This document shows positions 37,058 through 46,631 of a stretch of 64,000 bases of DNA, one piece after another. The stretch is taken from NCBI GenBank assembly GCA_965215335.1, contig CBDCDA010000002.1, positions 544,001 to 608,000 on the forward strand, in the 5' to 3' direction. Positions within the stretch are counted from its first letter, which is position 1. Each line of letters starts with the position of its first letter. The notes below the pieces were generated by a model. That model did no database searches and was not told the origin of the DNA. It worked only from the letters and a program-made list of their open reading frames with translations. This stretch comes from an uncultured Candidatus Entotheonella sp. Lineage in GTDB: Bacteria > Tectomicrobia > Entotheonellia > Entotheonellales > Entotheonellaceae. Both the position numbers and the translations under genes were made by a program.

Positions 37058-39544
37058 ATGCCGCCACGTGAGCCTGCGATGACGGACGTCCCTGCCCACC
37101 TGAGCCGTCTCGACAAACCCTTGCAATACGCCACGCGCCATGATTTCGCCAACCTGCATAAGCTGCGCGACCTGGAGTCGTTCGTAGAGCATCAGGTGCA
37201 AGCCCTGCGGTCATTGCCGTTGCCCATCTCGATGCCCGGCCTGTTGGCGCAACTGGCGGCGACGGTGCTGGGGTTTGACGATCTGGCGTTGGCCGAAAAG
37301 CGACAGCGAGTACAGCAGGCCGCTCAGATTCTTTCTCGCCTGCACGCCTTGGTGGATGGCAGCAGCGCCCTGCCAACCCCGGTTGCGCCACCCAAACCGC
37401 GCGCGGCGGCCACGCCGACACCCGTCGCCGCTTCTGAAGACCCTCTGGCCCAGCCGGTGCAATACATGCGCGGCGTCGGACCGCGCCGCGCCGCCCTGCT
37501 GGCCAAACTCTCCCTGTATACGGTGGGTGACCTGCTGTGGTGCCTGCCCGTGCGCTACGAAGACCGCCGCAACATGACCCCCCTGGGCATGCTGCAGGCC
37601 GGCACCCGGCAGACGTTCTGCGGCACGGTAACGGCCTTCCAGCTGCACCACACGTCGCGCGGCAGGTCCTTTGCGACCCTGTGCCTGGAGGATTCCAGCG
37701 CCCCGCTCACCTGCAAATGGTTCCAGCACCGCGGACTCGCCCTGCAGGAGCGCTTTCCCATCGGCGCGCGCGTGGTCGGCAACGGCCTCGTCACCTTCAA
37801 TCGCTATGACGGCAACCGCGAAGTCGTCCATCCCGACCTCGAAGTGCTGGAAGCCGATGACGCCGAGCCGGTTCACTTCGGTCGTCTGGTGCCGATTTAT
37901 CCGCTCACCGCCGGACTGCCCCAGAAGAGCATGCGCAGCCTGATGCACAGCGCCGTGGACAACTTCGCGCCGTTGGTCCACGAGACCCTGCCGGAAGCGG
38001 TCTGCAACGCCCACCGGCTGCCCGCATTGGGGCAGGCCGTGCGCGGCGTGCACTTCCCCGACGACAACGCGGACCTTGAGACTCTCAACGAGCAGCGGAC
38101 CGTCTTTCACGCGCGTCTGGTGTTCGAGGAGTTCTTCCTGCTCGAGATCGGCCTCGCCATCCGCCACCGCGAGGTCCGCAACACACGACGCGACAAGCAC
38201 TACGACCGGCCGAACCACCTCGGCCAGACGCTGCTGAAACACTTGCCGTTTCATCTCACCGCCGCCCAGCAGCGCGTGCTGGACGAGATTCTCGCCGACA
38301 TGCGCCGCCCCTTCCCGATGAACCGCCTCATCCAGGGGGACGTCGGCAGTGGCAAGACCATCGTCGCCCTGCTCGCCATGCTGCTGGCCGTCTCCAACGG
38401 CCAGCAGGCCGCCCTCATGGCGCCGACGGAGCTCCTCGCGGAGCAGCACCTGGCAACCCTGCGCGCCCTGCTGCGGCATCTGGACCTCGAGGTGGCGCTG
38501 CTCACCGGCACGATCAAAGGCCGCAGCCGCCAACAACTCCTGCAGCGCATCTCTGCTGGCGAGGTCTCCGTGCTGGTCGGCACCCACGCCCTGCTGTATG
38601 AAAACGTCCAGTTCCACGGACTCGGCATGATCGTCGTCGACGAGCAGCACCGCTTCGGCGTCATGCAGCGCGCCGGCCTGCGGCAAAAAGGCCTGCGGCC
38701 CGACGTGCTGGTCATGACGGCAACGCCGATCCCGCGCACCCTGGCCATGACGCTGTACGGCGACCTCGATCTGTCCGTCCTGGACGAGTTGCCCCCTGGC
38801 CGCCTGCCGGTAAAAACCGTCCTGCTCGGCGAAAAGCGCCGCGAACACGCCTACGACATGGTGCGCCGCGAGATCGCCAAAGGCCACCAGGCCTACATCG
38901 TCTACCCGCTCATCGAGGAATCCGAAAGCCTTGACCTCGGCGCCGCCGCGGCCATGGCCGAACACCTGCGGCATGCGGTGTTCCCGGAATACGAGGTCGG
39001 CCTGCTGCACGGACGCCTGCCCGCCGAGGCAAGGGAGACCATCATGCGGGCCTTTGCGGAAGGGCGGCTGCGTATTCTGGTGTCCACCACCGTCATCGAG
39101 GTTGGCGTTGATATCGCCAACGCCACGGTCATGCTGATCGAAAACGCCGAGCGGTTCGGCCTTGCGCAGCTGCATCAGCTGCGCGGCCGTGTCGGGCGAG
39201 GTGCCGCACGGGCCACGTGCCTGTTACTGGCGGGCAAAAAAATCAGCCGCGAGAGCCGCCAGCGGCTGAAGGTCATGCAGGAAAGCACGGATGGATTTTA
39301 CGTGGCCGAGCAGGACCTGCAGATTCGCGGGCCGGGGGAATTGCTGGGAACGAAACAGGCGGGGCTGCCGGAATTGCGCGTCGGCAATCTTCTGCATCAC
39401 GGCGTGTGGTTGGAACGAGCGCGGCAGGCGGCCTTTGCCCTGCTTGAGTCAGACCCCCACTTGACCCAAGAAGCCCATAATGCTCTACTGCACGCCGTGC
39501 AGACCCGCTGGGGCCGACAATTTGTACTGGCGACCGTCGGGTAG
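37058..39544 (+). CDS. recG: ATP-dependent DNA helicase RecG
   Basis: QGDVGSGKT, DEQHRFG, TATPIPRT, QLHQLRGRVGR. Confidence 0.97.
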   Translation: MPPREPAMTDVPAHLSRLDKPLQYATRHDFANLHKLRDLESFVEHQVQALRSLPLPISMPGLLAQLAATVLGFDDLALAEKRQRVQQAAQILSRLHALVDGSSALPTPVAPPKPRAAATPTPVAASEDPLAQPVQYMRGVGPRRAALLAKLSLYTVGDLLWCLPVRYEDRRNMTPLGMLQAGTRQTFCGTVTAFQLHHTSRGRSFATLCLEDSSAPLTCKWFQHRGLALQERFPIGARVVGNGLVTFNRYDGNREVVHPDLEVLEADDAEPVHFGRLVPIYPLTAGLPQKSMRSLMHSAVDNFAPLVHETLPEAVCNAHRLPALGQAVRGVHFPDDNADLETLNEQRTVFHARLVFEEFFLLEIGLAIRHREVRNTRRDKHYDRPNHLGQTLLKHLPFHLTAAQQRVLDEILADMRRPFPMNRLIQGDVGSGKTIVALLAMLLAVSNGQQAALMAPTELLAEQHLATLRALLRHLDLEVALLTGTIKGRSRQQLLQRISAGEVSVLVGTHALLYENVQFHGLGMIVVDEQHRFGVMQRAGLRQKGLRPDVLVMTATPIPRTLAMTLYGDLDLSVLDELPPGRLPVKTVLLGEKRREHAYDMVRREIAKGHQAYIVYPLIEESESLDLGAAAAMAEHLRHAVFPEYEVGLLHGRLPAEARETIMRAFAEGRLRILVSTTVIEVGVDIANATVMLIENAERFGLAQLHQLRGRVGRGAARATCLLLAGKKISRESRQRLKVMQESTDGFYVAEQDLQIRGPGELLGTKQAGLPELRVGNLLHHGVWLERARQAAFALLESDPHLTQEAHNALLHAVQTRWGRQFVLATVG

Positions 39545-39606
39545 CGTGCCTCCCTGCTGGCGACGGAAAGCTGCCCTTGGCGAAGCGATGGCCTGGAGGA
39601 ACAGCC

Positions 39607-39882
39607 GTGAAGACGATCCCTGTCAATGTTTCCTGCTACTGGAAAAGCCCCGAATTCACCGAGGAGACGGTGCCACACAACCTGCTCGAGTCCCATCGAA
39701 CCAAGGCCGAGACCTGGGCGAAGGTCATCGTTCTCGAGGGGACGCTGCGGTACCGCATCCTCGCGCCGGAGATCCAGGAGTACGAACTCTCGCCAGCCCG
39801 GCCCGGCATCGTGGAGCCAGACGTTCCACACCAGATTGAAGCCATCGGCCGCACTCGCTTCTATGTGGAGTTCTACAGCTGA
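39607..39882 (+). CDS. DUF1971 / TehB N-terminal-like protein
   Basis: EFTEETVP..LL..H.TKAETWA, VLEG.L, EFY; GGAGG RBS before GTG. Confidence 0.85.
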   Translation: MKTIPVNVSCYWKSPEFTEETVPHNLLESHRTKAETWAKVIVLEGTLRYRILAPEIQEYELSPARPGIVEPDVPHQIEAIGRTRFYVEFYS

Positions 39883-39980
39883 CTTCGTTGCAAATCTGGC
39901 CGCGATGAATATGCCAGTCGACGGGGCGACACGTGAGAACTCGGCTATGGTTCCTTTCGAACAAGCCCTTGGTGTTTTCT

Positions 39981-40484
39981 TCACCCCTGCGCGATATGAG
40001 CCATGTGCGCCAGTTCGGGCAGAATCAGCTTTTCCATGGCCAGGCGCACCGCGGCGCTCGACCCCGGCATGGAGACGATGACCGTGCCGCCCGCCACTCC
40101 CGCGGTGGCACGACTCATCATGGCCGCGGCGCCGATCTCGTCGTAGCTAAGGTAGCGAAAGAGCTCGCCGAAGCCCGTCAATTCCTTTTCCAGACAGTCC
40201 CGCACCACTTCGTACGTGCCATCGCGCGACGACAGACCCGTGCCGCCGCTCAGCAAAACGGCGTCGGTGTCGGCGTCCTGGATGTGATGCCGCAGCAGGA
40301 GCCGGATGTCGTCAGGCTCGTCTTTGACGAGGCAATAGGCGTGAACTGCGTGGCCCGCCTGTGCAAGAGCATCCTGCATCAACCGTCCGCTGGTGTCGGT
40401 TTCCGGTGTGCGGGTGTCGCTGACCGTGATGACCGCGCAGCGGACGCCAGCGGCGGCCTGCTGCCGGTGTTCCTGGTGACTCAT
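39981..40484 (-). CDS. moaB: MogA/MoaB molybdenum cofactor biosynthesis protein
   Basis: VITVSDTR, GGTG..RD, SRA.AG, SMPGS. Confidence 0.9.
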   Translation of the reverse strand: MSHQEHRQQAAAGVRCAVITVSDTRTPETDTSGRLMQDALAQAGHAVHAYCLVKDEPDDIRLLLRHHIQDADTDAVLLSGGTGLSSRDGTYEVVRDCLEKELTGFGELFRYLSYDEIGAAAMMSRATAGVAGGTVIVSMPGSSAAVRLAMEKLILPELAHMAHIAQG

Positions 40485-40996
40485 GATCGGTTTCCGTTGG
40501 CAAAAGAGGGAAAAGGGCCGCGGCGCGTCACATCGCCCTGATCCGGTAATGCGGCGATGCGTTGGCGGATGGGATCGCCCGACGGCAGGCGCAGCTCCGG
40601 TTCAAGCTCGCTGAGGGGAATGAGGACGAACAACCGTTCGCTCAAGGCTTTGTGGGGAATGTCGAGAAAGGGCTTGTGCACCTGCAGGGCGTCGTAGAAC
40701 AGGATGTCGAGGTCGATGACCCGCGGACCCCATCTGATCGCGGGCTCGCGTCCCAGACGGCTTTCGACGGCCTGCGTGATGGCGAGCAAGGATTCGGGCC
40801 GCAGGGCCGTGTGCATACGCGCGACGACGTTCAGGAATGCGTCCTGCGCGGCGACGCCGACGGGAGCGGTCTCATACAGCGACGAGACGGCCTGCACGGC
40901 GACGGCCGGATGCTGGTGCAAAAGGCCGCAGGCGCGCGCAAGATACTGCTCGCGGTCCCCGATGTTGGAGCCTAGTCCGAGGTAGACGACTGCCAT
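40481..40996 (-). CDS. folK: 6-hydroxymethyl-dihydropterin pyrophosphokinase
   Basis: LGLGSNIGD, WGPRVIDLDIL, ERLFVLIP. Confidence 0.96.
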   Translation of the reverse strand: MAVVYLGLGSNIGDREQYLARACGLLHQHPAVAVQAVSSLYETAPVGVAAQDAFLNVVARMHTALRPESLLAITQAVESRLGREPAIRWGPRVIDLDILFYDALQVHKPFLDIPHKALSERLFVLIPLSELEPELRLPSGDPIRQRIAALPDQGDVTRRGPFPSFANGNRS

Positions 40997-41364
40997 GATT
41001 CCTGCGAGCGCTCGATGTCGACGGCGACGTAATCGAGCATGCTCCCCTTCAGCGGCACGTGCGGCTTGCGGACACAGACTCGCACGCTGTCGGGCGCAAA
41101 CTGCTCGCCGATTTGCGCCGCCAGCGTCTCGGCGAGCGCCTCGATGAGGTCGAAACGCTCCGCCTCGACGATGCGTTTCACCACCTTGTAGACCTGCGCG
41201 TAGTTGATCGTCTGTCGCAGGTCGTCGCTCAACCCCGCCGGGCGCGTGTCCACACGCACCGCGACGTCCACCTCAAAGCGCTGCCCGAGGGTCTTCTCTT
41301 CGGGATTGACGCCGTGATAGGCGTAAAACTGCATGTTGCGGAGGTGGATGGTATCGCGGCTCAA
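40972..41364 (-). CDS. folB: dihydroneopterin aldolase
   Basis: FYAYHGV..EEK.LGQRF, DDL..TINY, LIEALA, KP. Confidence 0.95.
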   Translation of the reverse strand: MSRDTIHLRNMQFYAYHGVNPEEKTLGQRFEVDVAVRVDTRPAGLSDDLRQTINYAQVYKVVKRIVEAERFDLIEALAETLAAQIGEQFAPDSVRVCVRKPHVPLKGSMLDYVAVDIERSQESWQSSTSD

Positions 41365-41392
41365 CGGGTTGTCTCGACGTGAGAGGTAGGCA

Positions 41393-41989
41393 TCAGCGGC
41401 TGACGACCAGTGACATGAATTCACTGCGGGTGGCCAGATCGGTCTTGAACGAGCCGCGCATGGCCGAGGTGACCATCAGCGACCCGGGCTTCTTGACGCC
41501 GCGCATGGTCATGCAGGTATGGGAGGCTTCCACGACGACGCCGACGCCGTGCGCGTCCAGCTCGTCGATCAGCAGGTCGGCGACCTGCGCCGTCATGCGT
41601 TCCTGGACCTGCGGGCGGCGCGCAAACACTTCGATGACGCGGGCAATCTTGCTGAGCCCGACAACCCTGCCGCGCGGAATGTAGGCGGCGTGCACGCGGC
41701 CATGAAACGGCAGCAGGTGGTGCTCGCACATGGAGTGGAACGGAACGTCCTTCACCAGCACCATCTCATCGTGCTGCTCGTCGAACACCACCTGCAGGTA
41801 GGCACGCGGGTCCTCGTGCAGTCCCTGGAAGAACTCACCGTACATTCTTGCCACCCGGCTGGCGGTGTCCTTCAGCCCCTCGCGGTCCGGGTCGTCGCCG
41901 ATGGCTTCAATGATCATGCGCACGCCGGCGGCGATTTTTTCCTGATTGATCACGCCGTTGACTGCCGAGGCGCCAGCCTGCTGCATCAC
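41393..41989 (-). CDS. folE: GTP cyclohydrolase I
   Basis: [29 protein letters not shown]. Confidence 0.97.
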   Translation of the reverse strand: MMQQAGASAVNGVINQEKIAAGVRMIIEAIGDDPDREGLKDTASRVARMYGEFFQGLHEDPRAYLQVVFDEQHDEMVLVKDVPFHSMCEHHLLPFHGRVHAAYIPRGRVVGLSKIARVIEVFARRPQVQERMTAQVADLLIDELDAHGVGVVVEASHTCMTMRGVKKPGSLMVTSAMRGSFKTDLATRSEFMSLVVSR

Positions 41990-42225
41990 TAGGTCTCCTG
42001 GGGTTTACACTGCGGCGTCGAAGGTGTGCACCATACAGGCTTTTCCCGTGACGCGCAAACGGCTGTACGGGCTCGCCGGGCGGGACGGTGCATGACCCGC
42101 CAATTCATGCCGCCGCGGTCCTGGCAGCAAGGCGACGGCAGCGGCCGGACAGGCTCGGAACAGTTCGAGTTGGAGCAAAGCCCGCATTTCCTCTTGTCGC
42201 GCGCCTCAGCCACTCGGCACCGCCG

Positions 42226-43245
42226 TCACGCCGTAAGGGCGTCGTACGGGTTGGCTTTCAGGTCCCGAGCAAGCGTCTCCTGGTGGCTCAGCCACGCCGT
42301 GAAATTGGCGCACATGGCGGTGTAATGCTCGGCGTTGTCGATGTCCAGCGTACAGCCGCCGTACGGGGTCGTCACGATGGCAAAGCGGGTGCTCAGGAGT
42401 TGCGAAAGAAGGCTGCTCACAACCGGCAACTCCATGAAGAAAGGCCGGGCAAGCCTGAAATCCTGCAAACGGTAGCGGGCCAGCAGGCGTGCTGCGTGCA
42501 GGCGCAGGAACGCGCCGACGAATCGCACAGAGCCGCGCTGCCTGCCGATCAGTTCCCAGCACAGCTTCAGGATATTGCGCCATTCCTTTTGATAGCGGTA
42601 CTCGTATATCTTCTCGATGTAAAAGCGATTGCCCAGCCGGAAGGGCTTCACGAGGTGGAGGTTGTTCTGTCGGATTTGCAGGTCGCGCAGGGCGAAATAC
42701 GCCATATGGATGCCCGGACGACCATTCTGTGGACAATAGGCCCGTAGCACCGGCTCAGCCGTGACGCCCAGGAAATAGTCGTACCGGGCCAGGTCGCAGC
42801 CCGCGACGAACGCTTCGATCTCCTGCGGTGTCGCTAACGGGATGTCGCCCGACAGGAAGAGGGCAGCCCTGTCGGCCTCGGGCCCGCTCAGATAGACCTG
42901 CCAGCCGATTTCGGGCGCATAGTCCGGCAGAGTGTGCAGGAAACCTTGCCAGACGTTTTCGTAGAAGGTGTGGTATTGCTCAAGCAGGTACAGGGGGCGT
43001 TTGCCCTGGAACGGGCTCCGGGGGCTGGCGAGGGCCTCCTCAAGCTGCGCGGTATCGCCAATAACGAAGATGCGGTCGGTACAGCGGGCGCGTTCGACAG
43101 CACTGAGAACGTGCGTAATGACCGGCGCACCGGCCACGGGGAGCAGGATTTTGTTGGTGCCCAGAATCGGGCGACTCGCCCGGCGGTTTCCCGCCGCGAC
43201 AATCACATCGAAACGCTGAGGCGTCGGCAACATGGTTGGCTTCAT
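42226..43245 (-). CDS. NTP transferase domain protein (MobA-like N-terminus)
   Basis: VIVAAG...NKILL, SGDIPL, LDIDN. Confidence 0.75.
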   Translation of the reverse strand: MKPTMLPTPQRFDVIVAAGNRRASRPILGTNKILLPVAGAPVITHVLSAVERARCTDRIFVIGDTAQLEEALASPRSPFQGKRPLYLLEQYHTFYENVWQGFLHTLPDYAPEIGWQVYLSGPEADRAALFLSGDIPLATPQEIEAFVAGCDLARYDYFLGVTAEPVLRAYCPQNGRPGIHMAYFALRDLQIRQNNLHLVKPFRLGNRFYIEKIYEYRYQKEWRNILKLCWELIGRQRGSVRFVGAFLRLHAARLLARYRLQDFRLARPFFMELPVVSSLLSQLLSTRFAIVTTPYGGCTLDIDNAEHYTAMCANFTAWLSHQETLARDLKANPYDALTA

Positions 43246-43399
43246 TTCCGATGACGGCTTCCGAATCGAGCCGCGTACTATACGGGCTCGCCCTCGCAAG
43301 ATCAATCGCCCCCGTGCCGTGCGGGTTTGTCGGGACGCGACGCCGCTGCTAGAATGCTGTCGCTTTGTGATTCCCGAATGGCCCGAATTGAGGAGACAC

Positions 43400-43843
43400 A
43401 TGACGGTGCAACGTTTCTGGTCCAAGCTGTGCGGTGTCGTGGCACTGGCATGCATAATGGCGGGGTGCGGCGTGCAGGCGTCCTACATGAAGGGCTGGGA
43501 CCCCGTGGAGAACATCACGAATCGCTGGACGAGCGGCACCCTTGATGCCGACAAGCTGTCTGAAGATGAGCGCAGCGGGTTCGAGGAATTCGGCACACCG
43601 GACGCGGTGCGCTTTTTTCGCGACGTGGAGACCCGCAAACCCGTTTACGAGTGGATATACATGGAACCGTTCCGCACCGTGTGGTTCATGGAAGGCGCAC
43701 AGGTGGACTACGTCATGGTCGATACCAACGCGTCGAGGCAAACCACCACGGCGCGTGAGGCGCTGGCCAGAAAGCTGAGGACGGGTGGGATATTGGCGGG
43801 GACCATCGGCAGCGTGGCGATGGGAACGCTCTCGCTCCGCTGA
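43400..43843 (+). CDS. hypothetical lipoprotein
   Basis: signal peptide ending in IMAGC lipobox; AGGAGA RBS. Confidence 0.65.
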   Translation: MTVQRFWSKLCGVVALACIMAGCGVQASYMKGWDPVENITNRWTSGTLDADKLSEDERSGFEEFGTPDAVRFFRDVETRKPVYEWIYMEPFRTVWFMEGAQVDYVMVDTNASRQTTTAREALARKLRTGGILAGTIGSVAMGTLSLR

Positions 43844-43869
43844 CACCGCCTTGCTTCCGTCCGAAAATC

Positions 43870-44655
43870 CTACCAACGTCCGCGTGCCCGTTCTTTTCCC
43901 GGCAGCACTTCCAGGCAGGTCGTCCACCAGCCGGAGCGGATCGTTTCGACGAACGCCTCGGGCAACTGCTCTCGCCGCATGTCGCGCGCCAGCGCCTCGT
44001 AGTCATAATACACCGGAATGAACGCCACCTGAAGGTCGGGGTCGGCCGTCAGCAGGGTGTACCAGACGTGCGTCTCGCCGTCGTTCTCCGGGCGTCCGAT
44101 GACGCCGACGTTCACGGCGTGCCGGTCGTCCGGCAGGCGGCGATGCCACTTGATCCCCGTATGGGTGCACAGCAGAACGTCCGCTTCATAGTCGCCGCAC
44201 AGCCTGCCGAGGAAGCCGTCCGGCGTCGTGCTCTCCCACAGAAACTCGTTCACCTGCCGCGGTGAGCCGTGGCACATGTGCAGCCGGTAATTCCCCAATT
44301 GCACGCGCAGTACGTCCGGCAGGGTGCGCAGCCAGCGCTTGTTTTCCTCCGAGGTGCGCCGGAAGGTGTATGCGTAGCTCAGCGCCGCGTAGTAGTTGTC
44401 GCGCGGGTCGGTGTAGCCGCAGCCGCAATCCTGCAGCCCATCGGCCAGCGAGACGTCGTAGTTGCCGCGCATGACCTGCACCCCGGCTTCCCGCAGCAAC
44501 GGATAAACGCGGTCCGGGTAGGGACCGAAACCGCCCAGGTCGCCGAGGCAGAACAGCGCCTCGGCTTGGCGTCGGCGGGCATCCTCCAAGGTGGCGGCCA
44601 GGGCCTCATAGTTGCTGTACACCCCGCCAAAGATGGCGATGCGGCGATAAAGCAT
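43870..44655 (-). CDS. atypical metallophosphoesterase family protein
   Basis: CLGDLGG, RGNYD, CHGSP, THTG, NVGVIG; extra DCGCGY motif. Confidence 0.85.
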   Translation of the reverse strand: MLYRRIAIFGGVYSNYEALAATLEDARRRQAEALFCLGDLGGFGPYPDRVYPLLREAGVQVMRGNYDVSLADGLQDCGCGYTDPRDNYYAALSYAYTFRRTSEENKRWLRTLPDVLRVQLGNYRLHMCHGSPRQVNEFLWESTTPDGFLGRLCGDYEADVLLCTHTGIKWHRRLPDDRHAVNVGVIGRPENDGETHVWYTLLTADPDLQVAFIPVYYDYEALARDMRREQLPEAFVETIRSGWWTTCLEVLPGKERARGRW

Positions 44656-44663
44656 GTTACCCC

Positions 44664-45551
44664 TCAGTAGTTGCTGCACGTCATGCCGGTGACGTAGCAG
44701 GTATGGCAGGCCGTATGGTAGAGCGAGCAGGGCTGCATGGCCTCACCGAGTGAATTCTCCGACAGGCGGGCTTCAGCCTCCCCCACCAGCAGTGGGCAGG
44801 CGTAGACGCCCCCATCGGCGACGATGCGGGATTTGGTGCACTGCAACGTGGTGACGTCGAAGCCGTGCATCATGCCGGGGGTGACGTAAGCGGCTCCCGT
44901 CTCCGAGGGGCGCAGCTTGCCCATGGCGAACACGGGGATGACCTTCAGGCGCGGCTTTTCGATACCGTTGTCCAGCAAGAAATCCCGAAATTTCTGGTAA
45001 AAGCCGCTGCCGCCGCCCGGCTCCTGCGGTGTCGCCGCCTGAGCCTCGTAGAAGTATTCCGTTACCGCCACGATGGGCGGCAGCCCCCACTCCTGCAACA
45101 GCCGCAACGCCCGCAGCGCCCGCCGCAAGGCCCCCTTGCCGCGCACGGCGTCGTTCCGCGCCTCGTCCACGTCGTCCAGACTGATCCGCATCTCCAGGGA
45201 ATAACGCGATTGGGCAGACAGTGCCGCCAGCGCCTCGGCGACGGCCGGGGTGATCAGCGTGCCATTGGTCAGCACCGACGTGGCGGCTACCTGTAGCGAG
45301 CGCGCCAGGATGGGCATGATCTGTTTGTGCAGAAACGGTTCGCCGCCGGTAAAGTACACCTCGCGCACGCCGTGCGTCTCCGCTTCGTCGAGGTATCGGT
45401 ACACGGTTTCCGACGCCACGAACTCGAGCGCGTGATTGGTTGGGCTGCAGGATATGAAGCAATGGCTGCACGCCAGGTTGCACAGCGTCCCGGTCAGTTG
45501 GAACCACAGGGCGTGCAGGTGATGGAAGGGGGCTTGGGGTATGGTCTGCAT
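44664..45551 (-). CDS. radical SAM protein with Cys-rich C-terminus
   Basis: GTLCNLACSHCF, FTGGEP, LTNG; QC...ACP...CHTC...C. Confidence 0.9.
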   Translation of the reverse strand: MQTIPQAPFHHLHALWFQLTGTLCNLACSHCFISCSPTNHALEFVASETVYRYLDEAETHGVREVYFTGGEPFLHKQIMPILARSLQVAATSVLTNGTLITPAVAEALAALSAQSRYSLEMRISLDDVDEARNDAVRGKGALRRALRALRLLQEWGLPPIVAVTEYFYEAQAATPQEPGGGSGFYQKFRDFLLDNGIEKPRLKVIPVFAMGKLRPSETGAAYVTPGMMHGFDVTTLQCTKSRIVADGGVYACPLLVGEAEARLSENSLGEAMQPCSLYHTACHTCYVTGMTCSNY

Positions 45552-45693
45552 GAAGAGGGTTCCCTGAGCCAAGAGGCTCTCGTGTTGCCCGTATCGGGAA
45601 TACAGATGTCGGCGGCGATTGTATCAGGCACCCATATTTGCGACAATGACCCCTGTTGTGTCGACCTGCAAACCGCCGGATGAGGGCTTTGGC

Positions 45694-46593
45694 GTGAACC
45701 CCGATGTGCAGCAGGCGCTGGCGTACTGCCGTCGGGTGGCCCGCCGGCAAGCCAGGAATTTTTATTACGCCTTTCTGTTTCTGCCCGCCGACAAGCGTGC
45801 GGCCGTCTACAGCGTTTATGCCTTCTGTCGCCACAGCGACGACATCTCCGACGAGCCCGGCGCCCTCCACGACAAGCGAGATCAGCTACGGGCTTGGCGC
45901 GACGAGCTGGAAAATTGCTACAACGGCAAGCCGACGCGCCTCGTCACGCGCGCGCTCCGGCACACCATCGAGCGGTATCCCATCCCGCAGCGCTACTTCG
46001 AAGAGCTGCTGCAGGGCGTCGAGATGGACCTGACCGTGCAGCGTTATGCCTCGTTCGACGACCTGCGGGTCTATTGCTACCGGGTGGCCTCGGCGGTCGG
46101 CCTGGCCTGTCTGGAGATTTTCGGCTATGCCCATCCCGGCGTCCGGACGTATGCCCGTCATCTTGGCATCGCCTTGCAACTCACCAACATCCTGCGCGAC
46201 GTCCGGGAAGACGCCGAGCGCGGCCGTATTTACCTGCCCCAGGAAGATTTACGGGCCTTTGGCGTCCGCGAGGACGATGTGCTGCAGAAGCGTTACACGG
46301 CGGCATTTGCTTCGCTGATGCAGTTTCAGCAGGCGCGCATCCTGAACTACCACCGCCGCGCCGCCGCCTGCCTGCTGCCAGGCGACCGGGCCGGTCTGAT
46401 GGCGCCGGAAATCATGGCCGCCATTTACCGGGCGACGCTTCACAAGATGCGACGCCGGCGCTTCAACGTCTTTCACGGCCGCACGCGCCTGTCGGGTCTG
46501 CACAAAATGGCCATTGGCTTGGGAACGTTCGCAGCGCTCTGGAGCCGCGACGGGTGGCCGGGACAACGCCAGGCGTCAGCCGGCAACGGATAA
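45694..46593 (+). CDS. hpnD: squalene/phytoene synthase family (presqualene diphosphate synthase)
   Basis: NFYYAF, YAFCRHSDDISD, YCYRVASAVG, QLTNILRDVRED, GRIYLP. Confidence 0.8.
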   Translation: MNPDVQQALAYCRRVARRQARNFYYAFLFLPADKRAAVYSVYAFCRHSDDISDEPGALHDKRDQLRAWRDELENCYNGKPTRLVTRALRHTIERYPIPQRYFEELLQGVEMDLTVQRYASFDDLRVYCYRVASAVGLACLEIFGYAHPGVRTYARHLGIALQLTNILRDVREDAERGRIYLPQEDLRAFGVREDDVLQKRYTAAFASLMQFQQARILNYHRRAAACLLPGDRAGLMAPEIMAAIYRATLHKMRRRRFNVFHGRTRLSGLHKMAIGLGTFAALWSRDGWPGQRQASAGNG

Positions 46594-46631
46594 GGCGAAC
46601 ACTGTTGAAAAACCATCACCCCAACGGTTCC

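Noticed and set aside
41989..42213. Cys-rich 74-aa ORF upstream of folE
   Set aside because: No RBS and no recognisable motif; more likely the folE promoter region.
44664..44666. TGA after the Cys-rich radical SAM C-terminus as possible Sec
   Set aside because: It is immediately followed by the RBS and ATG of the next gene in another frame, so it reads as an ordinary stop.
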